From: an uncultured Mucilaginibacter sp.
GTDB taxonomy: Bacteria; Bacteroidota; Bacteroidia; Sphingobacteriales; Sphingobacteriaceae
DNA length: 64,000 bases
Direction of reading: 5' to 3'
NCBI GenBank assembly: GCA_903866915.1
Contig: CAIPPO010000220.1
Span: 4,574-68,573 of the forward strand
Shown: piece after piece, positions 19,207 to 28,544 of the stretch
How the letters are laid out: each line of letters opens with the position of its first letter
How positions within the stretch are numbered: the first letter of the stretch is position 1
Notes under the pieces: generated by a model
Seen by the model: only the letters and a program-made list of their open reading frames with translations
Told to the model about the DNA's origin: nothing
Databases searched by the model: none
Program-made: the position numbers and the translations under genes

Positions 19207-19292
19207 GGGAGCAGGGCGCCTAAAATTAAAAAAATCTGCGATAATTAACGCAATGCGAGTGCTTTTTGGGGCAATCTTGCTGGTCTGAAGGA

Positions 19293-19445
19293 CCCCGCCC
19301 GTTCAAGTGTCCCACTTGAACGCCTAAATTTGTTGCGCCTTCACTCCTGGTTAAAAACCGGCTTGATTTTTTATCAGCGTAAGTAGTCCTTGAGCGGGGT
19401 GCTCAAACGGCTTTGTGTTCAAGTGGGGCGATTGAACAGGCGGGG
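19293..19445. repeat. Cluster of REP-like palindromes in inverted orientation (BIME/MITE-like)
   Basis: Left unit CCCCGCCC-GTTCAAGTG TCC CACTTGAAC (perfect 9-bp stem); right unit GTTCAAGTGGGGCGATTGAAC-AGGCGGGG is its imperfect inverse; a degenerate middle hairpin TTGAGC GGGGT GCTCAA lies at 19390-19406. Confidence 0.75.
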
Positions 19446-19477
19446 GCTGAAAAATTAATAAAACCTTTAGCTAATGA

Positions 19478-21265
19478 CTAATTCCCCTCCCTCAATCGCT
19501 CGTAATATTCCTTTAACACAAACCAGGCTTTTTTCTTTTCTCCCTTGTCAGACAATAGCCCTTTGCGGTTCCAACCCTGCTGGTAGCTGGTTTGCATACG
19601 ATAGGGCGACCTGAAATCGGCCAGAACCCACGGCGATACCCCGGCCAGAAAAGAGATATGAGCAAACATTTTGATCTGCCTGCGATAGATATTGGCCACG
19701 TATTCCTCGCTCCAGGCACTTGCCTTTACGGCGGTATCAAGTTTATTGTTGTAAACAGATTCGCCGCCAAACTCCGAGATAATCATCGGCTTTCCGAAAT
19801 CCGATTTCCAATGTATTTTTTCGGGATCGCCCGGCCAATCGGTATACCAACCCAGGTATTCGTTTACCCCAACAACATCAACATATTTCATCACGGTGTC
19901 GCGTAACGTTAACTCATCTTCATTACGACTAACGTTATAAAAGGCAGCGGTAACCAGTCGTGTTGGGTCGAGCAATTTCACTTCTCTAGCGAGTTCGATC
20001 AGCGTGCGGTCGCGTTCTTTTGACGGCGTAGTCTCATTGGCAATACTCCATAAGATCACATTACAGCGGTTCTGATCGCGTTTGATCAGTTCCTTCAGCA
20101 TCAGTTCAGCTTTAGGCTTTACCGCGGTATCTGCAAACTCTATACCCTGGTACAGCGGCACTTCCTCCCAAACCAACAGGCCCTGACGTGCGGCATAACG
20201 TATGGTATATTCGTTATGCGGGTAATGTACCAGCCGAATAAAATTGCAGCCCAGGTCCTTTGCCCAGTTGATCAGTTGCCGGGCATCCGAATCGGAGTAG
20301 GCCCTCCCACGTCTTTGAGGTATTTCCTCGTGAATGTTGACCCCCCTTAAAAATAGCGGCTTGCCATTCAGCAAAATTTTAGTTCCCTCCACCTTGATGC
20401 TCCGGAAGCCGATCTCGTCGCTTACCGTATCACCTTCAACACTAAGTTTTACCTCATAAAGTTTCGGGTGCTGCGGCGACCATAATTCCAGCTTCTTTTT
20501 AAGACTGATTATTGCATATCCGTTAGCATCACTCTGTAGTTTCGCGTTTACTCTTAATTCCGGTATGTCTAACGCTATTTGTTTGCCTAAACTAGCACAG
20601 TTTAGCTTCACATAACCGCTGATCCGACTCGGATCATTGGGATCCAACTGTATTTTATAGTCCTCTGTAAATACTTGCTGCGTTTTAACCAGATGCACAT
20701 CGCGCGTGATTCCTCCGTAATTAAACCAATCAAACAACGAACCCGGTACCCCGTTTTTAACTCTCGCGCTGTTTATCCGAACCATAAGGGCATTGCCGTT
20801 AGCTTTAATAAGCACTGTTACTTCGAACCCGAAAGGTGTAAAACCACCCTCGTGCCTGCCCAGCTTCTTGCCGTTCAGCCACACATCGGTGATGTAATTG
20901 GCGCCGCCAAAATTCAGAAATACGCGTTCTTGCTTCCCGGCATCGCAGTCGAATATCTTTTTATACCAAACCGAGCTTTCAAAATAGGTCAGCTCCGGCT
21001 TTTGCGAATTAAAATCCCCCGGCACCCGCAGCGTATTAGAGGGCTCGAATGAATACTCCACAAAATCCGCTTTGCCAGTCGCCTTTGCATCCTTGTAAAT
21101 AGCCCGCCAACCCATACCAACATCGAAGGGATCAACAACTATCTGCCAGTCACCGTTCAACAGCTGACTCCTTCGCCCGTAGACATTGGCCATGGCTGTT
21201 TGCGCATGACTATTATTAAACAGCAGTGCAAAAAGCAGGCTAAAAAGAATAAAAGCACTTCTCAT
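19478..21265 (-). CDS. Glycoside hydrolase family 2, beta-glucuronidase-like, secreted
   Basis: Signal peptide; HEGGFTPF, WFNYGGITRDV, FIRLVHYPH, WSIANE (acid/base) and IISEFG (nucleophile). Confidence 0.92.
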   Translation of the reverse strand: MRSAFILFSLLFALLFNNSHAQTAMANVYGRRSQLLNGDWQIVVDPFDVGMGWRAIYKDAKATGKADFVEYSFEPSNTLRVPGDFNSQKPELTYFESSVWYKKIFDCDAGKQERVFLNFGGANYITDVWLNGKKLGRHEGGFTPFGFEVTVLIKANGNALMVRINSARVKNGVPGSLFDWFNYGGITRDVHLVKTQQVFTEDYKIQLDPNDPSRISGYVKLNCASLGKQIALDIPELRVNAKLQSDANGYAIISLKKKLELWSPQHPKLYEVKLSVEGDTVSDEIGFRSIKVEGTKILLNGKPLFLRGVNIHEEIPQRRGRAYSDSDARQLINWAKDLGCNFIRLVHYPHNEYTIRYAARQGLLVWEEVPLYQGIEFADTAVKPKAELMLKELIKRDQNRCNVILWSIANETTPSKERDRTLIELAREVKLLDPTRLVTAAFYNVSRNEDELTLRDTVMKYVDVVGVNEYLGWYTDWPGDPEKIHWKSDFGKPMIISEFGGESVYNNKLDTAVKASAWSEEYVANIYRRQIKMFAHISFLAGVSPWVLADFRSPYRMQTSYQQGWNRKGLLSDKGEKKKAWFVLKEYYERLREGN

Positions 21266-21373
21266 TTAAGTGTTAAATTACGGTTTATTTTAGAAATAGG
21301 AAACGACTTGAACAAGCGGTCCATTAAACAGGTGGTAGGCGGCAGAAGAGAAGATTTAAATCCTTAATATTCG

Positions 21374-22468
21374 CTAGATCCCGGTAAACCGATTAAAAGT
21401 TTTCCAGTATTTGTCTTTATAGATTTCATAACTCATTTCCATTTTCTCCTTATATTCATCGCATATCTGCTGCGCAACTTTTGATGGAACACGGAAATCA
21501 CGGCAAGCAAAATGAATTTCTTTGGAACTATTGCCGGTTTCCCTGCCAACATTAAGGTAGCCATCAATGTCTTTAAGTTGGGTAGTGAGTTTGTCTTCAA
21601 TTTCGTATAATAGCGATTGACTTGCCTTGTCTGGCATACCATTAGATTTTCTTCCATCATATTTTATCACCACAGTCATTATCCATGGATGTGAAGGCTT
21701 ACTGTCCCACTTAAGCAGATCGGTATTGAATACAGCTATTAATGGAATTCCATTGTCTAATTCAGTTTCAAGTATCGAATGTTCATCATTTTCGCTACTA
21801 TGCCATGTACCGTCATACCTCTCGTTAAATTCCTTTTGTCGCCAGTTTAAATAATCTTTTAGTTTGCCAATTGGTATCAATTCCTGCAAGGCTTCAACTT
21901 TAGATAAAAAACTGACTTTATCGATAAGCGTTACAAATTCCAATTCTCCCAAAAAATTATCAAGGAAAATATAGCAACCCGAGATTATTGCTTTTTTATT
22001 TTCTTCATTAAAATCATCGTGAACAATGGCGATATCGATCTCATCCGGATAACCGGCATTTTCGTTTGCATAGAAATTCATATTGCTGTCACTAAAGTTA
22101 TAGTCAGCCATCTTAATATATACGTCTTTTATATCCAAGGCCGGTTTGAGTGCAGTAAACTTCCAGCGCTTTAATTTAGGTGCTGCTTCAACCAGCTCCT
22201 CTACAAAAACGATGTTTTCAATGGCTCCGTCAGCAGTGATCACTAATTCGGCTGTATCAGCAGCGTACATTCCCGCAAGAAAATAATAGCCTTCTCTTAA
22301 TTCTTCAAGTTTGGGTGATAGCTTATTAAAAAAATCTTTTTCTATATCATTTTGCGAGTCGACCGCGTTGAAAAAGGTCTTTTCATTCGTTGCGAACCAG
22401 TTCCAGAAATCATCATAAGTTTTTACAGGCTTGTCTTTTTTGCTAAAAAAGCTTTTTAAAATGCTCAT
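21374..22468 (-). CDS. DUF695-domain-containing protein
   Basis: FWNWF..NE N-terminus, LVITADG, and C-terminal G.P......L..IED.L...L....VGRETG....HFACRDF..DKYW pattern; AT-rich. Start set at MSILKSFF. Confidence 0.7.
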   Translation of the reverse strand: MSILKSFFSKKDKPVKTYDDFWNWFATNEKTFFNAVDSQNDIEKDFFNKLSPKLEELREGYYFLAGMYAADTAELVITADGAIENIVFVEELVEAAPKLKRWKFTALKPALDIKDVYIKMADYNFSDSNMNFYANENAGYPDEIDIAIVHDDFNEENKKAIISGCYIFLDNFLGELEFVTLIDKVSFLSKVEALQELIPIGKLKDYLNWRQKEFNERYDGTWHSSENDEHSILETELDNGIPLIAVFNTDLLKWDSKPSHPWIMTVVIKYDGRKSNGMPDKASQSLLYEIEDKLTTQLKDIDGYLNVGRETGNSSKEIHFACRDFRVPSKVAQQICDEYKEKMEMSYEIYKDKYWKTFNRFTGI

Positions 22469-22520
22469 TGTGGTAAGGTTTATTTGATGTTTGTTGAGCA
22501 CAAGTTAATAAATTTGTTAA

Positions 22521-23294
22521 ATGAAAATCGCCACCTATAACGTAAACTCCATCAACGCACGCCTCCCAATCCTGCAACGCTGGCTTGCTGAAGAACAACC
22601 GGATATTGTATGTTTCCAGGAACTGAAAGCTATACAGGAAAATTTTCCTTTGCAGGCAATTAACGATCTGGGATACCAGGCCATATGGCATGGGCAGAAA
22701 AGCTGGAACGGCGTGGCTATCATTTCCAGATTAGGCGAGGTTGTTGAACGGCGCAACGTACTCCCCGGCGACGACGAGGATGCACAGAGCCGGTATATCG
22801 AGGCTGAAGTAAATGGTATTATCATTGGTTGTTTGTATCTGCCCAATGGCAACCCTTACCCGGGTGAGAAATTCGATTATAAACTACGCTGGATGGAGCG
22901 TCTGCACCGGCATGCAGCCGACTTGCTGGCTACCGGGAAGCCAGCTATACTTTGCGGCGATTATAATGTGATCCCTTCCGAAATTGACGCCTATAAACCC
23001 GAGAACTGGGTCAATGACGCCTTGTTCAGGCCTGAGAGCCGTGAAGCCTTTTATAAGCTTATCGACCAGGGTTGGACCGATGCTATACGGCAGCTTTACC
23101 CTAAAGAAACTATTTATACTTATTGGGATTATTTCCGCAATGCCTATGGACGGAATGCTGGTCTGCGAATCGATCATTTTTTATTGAGTCCGCAACTGAC
23201 TGGCCGTTTGACAGCAGCCGGCGTAAACCGCAATGTGCGCGGTAGGGAAAAAAGCAGCGACCATGGGCCGGTTTGGATAGAACTGGCGGATTAA
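22521..23294 (+). CDS. xth: Exodeoxyribonuclease III / AP endonuclease
   Basis: MKIATYNVNSI, CFQELK, YLPNG, GDYNV, YTYWDY, GLRIDHFL, SDHGPV motifs. Confidence 0.95.
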   Translation: MKIATYNVNSINARLPILQRWLAEEQPDIVCFQELKAIQENFPLQAINDLGYQAIWHGQKSWNGVAIISRLGEVVERRNVLPGDDEDAQSRYIEAEVNGIIIGCLYLPNGNPYPGEKFDYKLRWMERLHRHAADLLATGKPAILCGDYNVIPSEIDAYKPENWVNDALFRPESREAFYKLIDQGWTDAIRQLYPKETIYTYWDYFRNAYGRNAGLRIDHFLLSPQLTGRLTAAGVNRNVRGREKSSDHGPVWIELAD

Positions 23295-23429
23295 TCTCGC
23301 CAAAATTTTGCTGTGCTTGCTTGCATTTCGGTTCCTGCCTTTTTCCCAAATTGGTTAACTGGATGCTGCTAATGACCACAATCATATACTACTGTGTCTG
23401 AGGTCATTTCCGGACGCCTAAAACCGGGA

Positions 23430-23437
23430 TACTTTTG
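23430..23437 (+). promoter_or_regulatory. Bacteroidota -7 promoter box (TACTTTTG) with no downstream plus-strand gene
   Basis: Exact TAnnTTTG match; points into the structured intergenic segment. Confidence 0.55.
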
Positions 23438-23442
23438 CAGCG

Positions 23443-23617
23443 TAAACTAGATTTCATTACGATGAAATGTGATCCGGTAACAGTTACAATCCGGCCGTGG
23501 TGAAGGTAAATTCATGGATACCTGGCCCCGGCGCAGGCTACCGGTTCAATTAGTGCGCGTGTTGTTTTGTTGATTGATGAAAATACCCTGTTGCTCCCAG
23601 CCTCGGGGTATTTTTTT
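23443..23617 (+). ncRNA. Candidate structured small RNA of unknown family
   Basis: Upstream promoter box; hairpin ATTTCAT-TACG-ATGAAAT; nested long stem CCGGTA...TACCGG with inner CCGG/CCGG and AGGTA/TACCT; U-rich linker; terminator with 7 T. Only a 13-codon ORF inside. Confidence 0.55.
23580..23617. terminator. Intrinsic terminator, probably bidirectional
   Basis: AAAATACCCTG/CGGGGTATTTT stem plus TTT; sits 3 nt from the nitrilase-family stop on the opposite strand. Confidence 0.8.
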
Positions 23618-23620
23618 GTT

Positions 23621-24409
23621 CTACAGGTACAAATCGGGGTTGAACCGCTTTGCTAGTAAACCCGTAGCCTGTTCAAGAGCCAGCTCTGCTGTAGCAATAC
23701 CGGGCACGCCATAGGGCTGCCAGGCGATGCAAGCACCATCGGGTGCTATGATGGCACTTGCTGATTCCGGGTAGCGCGAAGCATAATTTGATGTTGCAAA
23801 ATAGATGGTATTTTCCATTGCACGCAGCATCTGCGCTTTTTCGTAATAGGGATTGTCTTTGTGCCCCCATTCGGTTAAAGTTGGTCCCCCCGTTTCACTG
23901 GCACCGAAATGCGGGTGAAATACCACTTGCGCTTCTCGAACGGCTGCCCATCGCGTTGCTTCGGGGTATCTAAACCCTTCGTGGCATATGGTAATGCCAA
24001 ATTTCAAACCGTTCACCTCAAAAAGCTTCCGTTCAGTTCCTGCCTCCCAAATATCATCTTCAGATGGGTCGAGTTGATTTTTAGATTGATACCCCAATTG
24101 CTTCCCTAATGGCGATAGTACCTGGGCAACATTCAGAAACTTACCTTCATCGTACCAATCCATAGGTAAAATAATACCGATTGAATAATTAGCGGCTATT
24201 TCGCTCACCCGGTCTAAAGCCAGTTGCAGTTGCACAGCAGTATATCGTTGAGGATGATATTCGGCGGAAGGGTAACCTGGCAGGTAGGATTCGGGGAAAC
24301 AAATAATTGAAGCACGCTGTTCAGCTGCTGCCTTAGCTAATTTTTTTACCTGTACAATTCCATCATCCAATGAGCTTGGATAGGGAGGCGATGCAACGGC
24401 TATCTTCAT
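23621..24409 (-). CDS. Carbon-nitrogen hydrolase (nitrilase superfamily)
   Basis: Catalytic triad ICFPES (E), YQSKNQL (K), GITICHEG (C). Start set at MKIAVAS. Confidence 0.9.
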   Translation of the reverse strand: MKIAVASPPYPSSLDDGIVQVKKLAKAAAEQRASIICFPESYLPGYPSAEYHPQRYTAVQLQLALDRVSEIAANYSIGIILPMDWYDEGKFLNVAQVLSPLGKQLGYQSKNQLDPSEDDIWEAGTERKLFEVNGLKFGITICHEGFRYPEATRWAAVREAQVVFHPHFGASETGGPTLTEWGHKDNPYYEKAQMLRAMENTIYFATSNYASRYPESASAIIAPDGACIAWQPYGVPGIATAELALEQATGLLAKRFNPDLYL

Positions 24410-24454
24410 CCACCGAAAATAAAAAAAAATCACCCGAAAACGCCAGCTACCTTG

Positions 24455-25141
24455 TTAAACATCTCCCTTCTTCAGCACATAAAAATACATGTCGCGGCTT
24501 TTGCAAAAACCTGCATTTTCATAAACCTGGATAGCCCGCAAATTATCGTGCCGAACATGAAGATATGGAATGTTGCCTTCAGCAAATATTCGCCTGACCT
24601 GGTGGTCAACTAAGCGTTTTGCATACCCTTTGCCGGTATAATCCGGATGAGTACAAACGGCACTCACTTCGGCATAATCATAGGCATGCAAACGTTGGCC
24701 GGCCATTGCAACTAATTGCTCTCCTTCAAAAATACCTGCGTAATGTCCAAACTCAATGGTTCGCTTTGCAAAAGGGCCGGGATTGGTTAATTTAGTTAAT
24801 TCAAGCATTTGGGGGACATGTTCGCCTGAAAGCGGAACTATTTTATCGCCGGCCATGTCGTTTAATGCCTGCTTTTTGCAAACCATTTGAATTCCTTTCA
24901 CAAATGCCGGTACTTGCCATGGTTTAGGTATACTAATCTCAATCTCCGACATCAACAATGCCGGTCGGTCGCCGGGATAAATTTCATGAAGTAACTGCAA
25001 ATTTTCATCGGTATTGGCTACCATGGCAGCAAAGGGCGAAACATCCCCGGCAAAATACTTAACTTTTTCGTTGCCAAAACCCAGGTTTTTATTTCCTGAA
25101 TTAAGCGCATGCCATGCCGGGCTTCCCAATAAATGCTCCAT
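24455..25141 (-). CDS. GNAT acetyltransferase, FR47-like
   Basis: TNPGPFAKRTIEFGHYAGI, AMAGQRLH, EVSAVCTHPDYTGKGYA motifs. Confidence 0.9.
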   Translation of the reverse strand: MEHLLGSPAWHALNSGNKNLGFGNEKVKYFAGDVSPFAAMVANTDENLQLLHEIYPGDRPALLMSEIEISIPKPWQVPAFVKGIQMVCKKQALNDMAGDKIVPLSGEHVPQMLELTKLTNPGPFAKRTIEFGHYAGIFEGEQLVAMAGQRLHAYDYAEVSAVCTHPDYTGKGYAKRLVDHQVRRIFAEGNIPYLHVRHDNLRAIQVYENAGFCKSRDMYFYVLKKGDV

Positions 25142-25229
25142 CGGTACAAACCTAAAAAAAATGATGCTAGCCCGTCGACTGTCTCCCCGAAATTATGTGG
25201 CGAAAAAAACAAGAACACCTACGTTTGTT

Positions 25230-25251
25230 TGTAACAAAATGGTTACATTTG
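25230..25251 (+). promoter_or_regulatory. -7 promoter box (TACATTTG) overlapped by a perfect palindrome TGTAAC-N6-GTTACA
   Basis: TACATTTG at 25244-25251; TGTAAC (25230-25235) and GTTACA (25242-25247) are exact inverted repeats. Confidence 0.5.
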
Positions 25252-25299
25252 TTTATAATTTGATTTAGAGGTTCCCTAATGCCTCTGTATATATTTTTT

Positions 25300-25333
25300 A
25301 AAAACCCCTTATGGTATCTGTTGGGGGTTTTTT
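25300..25333 (+). terminator. Terminator-like hairpin about 200 nt upstream of the GH79-like gene
   Basis: AAAAACCCC...GGGGTTTTTT stem with a T-run. Confidence 0.6.
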
Positions 25334-25535
25334 ATTGGGGCCGAAAACTAAATCTTTATTTTTTATATTTACGATGGGCATTGAACTTACAGTGTTTTTT
25401 ATGCAAAGCGGTAAAAAGCACTGCCAGTACTTTCCCTTGCTGTTTCAAATGGAAGGTTGGTGACGTAATTGAACTATACACGATCGAACATTTTTACCAG
25501 TATAATTTTTATTTTTAGCAAACGCGAATACACCT

Positions 25536-27017
25536 ATGCCTTACCTGCATAATACCCGGTTTAACCGCCGGCCTCTACCACTGTTTAATTCCGGATTACT
25601 CATTACCCTGGCCCTGCTAATACTTTTGGCTGCCTGTAAAAAAGAACGGAATGTAATAATTACGCCGCCGCCCAAATTCGTTGCCACCGCAACTGTAACG
25701 CTGAACGAAGCGCAGTCTGGACTTCCTATTTCGCAGAATTTCCAGGGACTAAGTTTTGAAACCAGCCTGCTTACCAAAAATCCCGAATACCTTAATACCA
25801 ATAACCAAACGCTGATCCAGCTGTTAAAAAATCTGGGACCCGGTATTTTGCGCATTGGCGGGGGCACAAGTGACGAGATAGGTTGGGCGAGCCATCCCCG
25901 AACTGCGAATACGAGCGTTGACACACTTACTACTACAGATATCGACCGTTTGTCGGTCTTCTCCAAAGCAACCGGCTGGCCGGTAATTTTAGGGCTAAAT
26001 ATGTGGAATAATGATGCCCCTTCGGCAGCAAAAGAGGCAGTTTATGCTACACAGGCATTGGGTACAAGCCTTTATGCATTTCAATCGGGCAATGAACCAG
26101 ATACCTATTCCAGTTATGGCCCGCGTCCGCCCACCTATAACGTGAACAATTACGCTATTGAATGGGAGAATTATTTTGCTGCAATAAAGACCCAGTTACC
26201 CGATGCAGTATTCGCCGGACCCGATGCGGCCAACAATACCGATTGGGTAAATCAATTTGTTCAACGTGAAAGCACTAATATAAAACTAATGGACGCCCAT
26301 TTTTATGTTACCGGCCCTGCAACAAATCCCTCTATTACTTATAACGATATTCTGACTGCTTCCGACGTACTACCGGGTTACCTGACCAATATGGCTTCCT
26401 GGTCGTTAAAATACCAGGTCCCATACCGGATCACCGAAACCAACAATATTTGGGGCGGTGGCAAAAAAGGCGTGAGCGATACCTTTGCCGCTGCGTTGTG
26501 GGCCCTTGATTTTATGTGGCAGGTAGCGGCAGCAAATGGGCAGGGCATCAATTTCCATGGGGGTTCACTGGGCCCAAAAAATTTATATTATTCACCAATA
26601 TTAAATCTGAATGGAAGCTTTGTAGCGATGCCCGAATATTATGCCATGCTGGCTTTTGGATATGCGTCAAGCGGAGCAAAAGTAGTTCCGGTTTCCCTAA
26701 GCAAAACATCAAACTACAATTGTACGGCCTATGCTTCAGTTAAAAACTCGGGCGAATACGATATCACACTGATTAATAAAGACTTGAATACCGATATTTT
26801 ATATACCATCAATTTATCAAAACCGGTTTCATCTGCATCTATTATGCGGCTATCAGCACCCGCTGTTACGGCTACAAATGGGGTTACATTTGCCGGGAAC
26901 CAGGTAAATATTGATGGTACATTTTCGCCCGTAACTAATAATTATCTGACGATCAACCAGGGTACCGTTACTGTTAAAATCCCGGCTGGTAGCGCAGCGG
27001 TAGTTATTGTTCGCTAG
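25536..27017 (+). CDS. GH79-like glycoside hydrolase lipoprotein (beta-glucuronidase/heparanase-like)
   Basis: LAAC lipobox; ILRIGGGTSD, SGNEPD (acid/base), RITETNN (nucleophile), GVSDTFAAALWALDFM, GINFHG. Confidence 0.85.
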   Translation: MPYLHNTRFNRRPLPLFNSGLLITLALLILLAACKKERNVIITPPPKFVATATVTLNEAQSGLPISQNFQGLSFETSLLTKNPEYLNTNNQTLIQLLKNLGPGILRIGGGTSDEIGWASHPRTANTSVDTLTTTDIDRLSVFSKATGWPVILGLNMWNNDAPSAAKEAVYATQALGTSLYAFQSGNEPDTYSSYGPRPPTYNVNNYAIEWENYFAAIKTQLPDAVFAGPDAANNTDWVNQFVQRESTNIKLMDAHFYVTGPATNPSITYNDILTASDVLPGYLTNMASWSLKYQVPYRITETNNIWGGGKKGVSDTFAAALWALDFMWQVAAANGQGINFHGGSLGPKNLYYSPILNLNGSFVAMPEYYAMLAFGYASSGAKVVPVSLSKTSNYNCTAYASVKNSGEYDITLINKDLNTDILYTINLSKPVSSASIMRLSAPAVTATNGVTFAGNQVNIDGTFSPVTNNYLTINQGTVTVKIPAGSAAVVIVR

Positions 27018-27034
27018 CAGCCGCATCCTTTTTG

Positions 27035-27042
27035 TAAATTTG
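27035..27042 (+). promoter_or_regulatory. -7 promoter box (TAAATTTG) directly ahead of the GH25 start codon
   Basis: TAnnTTTG ends 4 nt before the GTG at 27047. Confidence 0.5.
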
Positions 27043-27046
27043 CGCT

Positions 27047-27946
27047 GTGCCGCCTATAGACGACAATTCGTGGATCAATAAAGCCTCGGGACCTTCCCGT
27101 AAATCGATTGCGCCAAAAAAAAAGCCGATCAGTCGGAGAAAAAAGAAAAAAACAGGCTGGCCTTTGAGTATTAAGATCGTAATTGCAGCGGCTGCAATTA
27201 TCCTGCTCTCGCCATTTTATTATGCTTATGTGATCAAATTCTTTGCATCCACCTGGCGCTGGGTAAGCGACCTCCGCGAGAATCCGCATTACCGTACCTA
27301 TAGAAGCTTTAACATCCGAATACCCGATAAGTACAGCATACACGGTATCGATGTATCTTACGCCCAGGGTAATATCGACTGGCAAAAGGTTAAAGCGATG
27401 GAAGATGACAGCGTGCATATCAGCTTTGCCTTTATCAAGGCTACGGAGGGTATCCTATCTGTTGATCCCTATTTTCAACGCAACTGGCGCGAAGCTGCAA
27501 AGACAGGAATTATTTGCGGTGCCTACCATTACTTTAAGCCATCGAAAAATGGTGCCTGGCAGGCCCGCTTTTTTTTGCAGACAGTTAAAACAGAAAAAGG
27601 CGATCTGCCACCGGTAGTTGATGTAGAAGAATTGAACAGGGTGAACCCTGAACAAATGCGCAAACAGTTGAAGGATTTTTTAACCTACATTGAAAAGAAA
27701 AGCAAGGTAAAGCCAATAATTTATTCGGGGCTAAGCTTTTATCAGGATTACCTGAAAGGATATTTCGATGATTATCCACTATGGGTAGCCAAATACGATG
27801 AAGCTGAAATGGGTATGGCAGGAGGCAAACAATGGCTCATGTGGCAACATTCAGATAAAGCTACTGTAACTGGGATAAACCATACCGTCGACTTTGATGC
27901 CTTTTATGGTGACAGCCTGGCTCTGCGGCGCATGCTCATCAAATAA
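27047..27946 (+). CDS. Membrane-anchored GH25 lysozyme/muramidase (YegX-like)
   Basis: Basic N-terminus and one TM helix, then HGIDVS, FAFIKATEG, GAYHYF, VVDVEE (DxE), YPLWVA.Y, WQHS motifs. Confidence 0.9.
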   Translation: MPPIDDNSWINKASGPSRKSIAPKKKPISRRKKKKTGWPLSIKIVIAAAAIILLSPFYYAYVIKFFASTWRWVSDLRENPHYRTYRSFNIRIPDKYSIHGIDVSYAQGNIDWQKVKAMEDDSVHISFAFIKATEGILSVDPYFQRNWREAAKTGIICGAYHYFKPSKNGAWQARFFLQTVKTEKGDLPPVVDVEELNRVNPEQMRKQLKDFLTYIEKKSKVKPIIYSGLSFYQDYLKGYFDDYPLWVAKYDEAEMGMAGGKQWLMWQHSDKATVTGINHTVDFDAFYGDSLALRRMLIK

Positions 27947-28172
27947 CCCGCTGTAATTTTTATGATCACCGTAAAAACATTTCAAGGCAACGAGGACCAT
28001 ACCAAACTGAAAGCATACCTGACAACATTAAGCCAATGAAGAAAAGCATTTCCTTCTGAAGTTCGACAGCAGCTACCTCAATAAATTAGGCTTTGATCAA
28101 AATTCTTCATTATTTTAGCAATTAATTAAAACCGATTATTCACCAGTTCCAATTCAATCACAACAAGGCACA

Positions 28173-28544
28173 ATGAAAACGACAAAAATTTTATTCTGGG
28201 TATTTACCGTATTACTTGTTGTTCTGATGCTTTTTTCGGCTTATGGCAGCTTGTTTATACCCGACCAGACAAAGGCTTTTGCCAAAACGATCGGATTTCC
28301 TGCTTATCTTTTTCAACTACTGGCGGTTGCCAAAATATTGGGTAGCATAACCCTGTTAACTCCGGGGTTTAAGCGTTTAAAAGAGTGGGCCTACGCAGGT
28401 TTCACCTTCGACCTGATTGGCGCTACTGATATATTTATAAACAACCATTCGCCTATTGCCCAATGGGCGCCATTTTTGGGTGCAGGATTTATATTTATCA
28501 TCGGCTCGTATATTTACTATCACAAACTAAATAGCGCGGGATAA
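28173..28544 (+). CDS. DoxX-like family membrane protein
   Basis: GFPAYL..LAVAKILG..LL.PG..RLKEWAYAGF.FDLIGA signature. Confidence 0.85.
   Translation: MKTTKILFWVFTVLLVVLMLFSAYGSLFIPDQTKAFAKTIGFPAYLFQLLAVAKILGSITLLTPGFKRLKEWAYAGFTFDLIGATDIFINNHSPIAQWAPFLGAGFIFIIGSYIYYHKLNSAG

Noticed and set aside
23443-23617. Assignment of the candidate RNA as SRP, tmRNA or RNase P RNA
   Set aside because: It lacks the SRP helix-8 GGAA/AGCAG motif, tRNA-like ends and the RNase P GAGGAAAGTCC signature.
25279-25518. 79-aa ORF upstream of the GH79-like gene
   Set aside because: Runs through a terminator-like hairpin and T-runs; the F/Y/L-rich composition is what AT-rich non-coding DNA gives.
27962-28039. 25-codon ORF (MITVKTFQGNEDHTKLKAYLTTLSQ) after GH25
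   Set aside because: Too short to support without homology or ribosome profiling.
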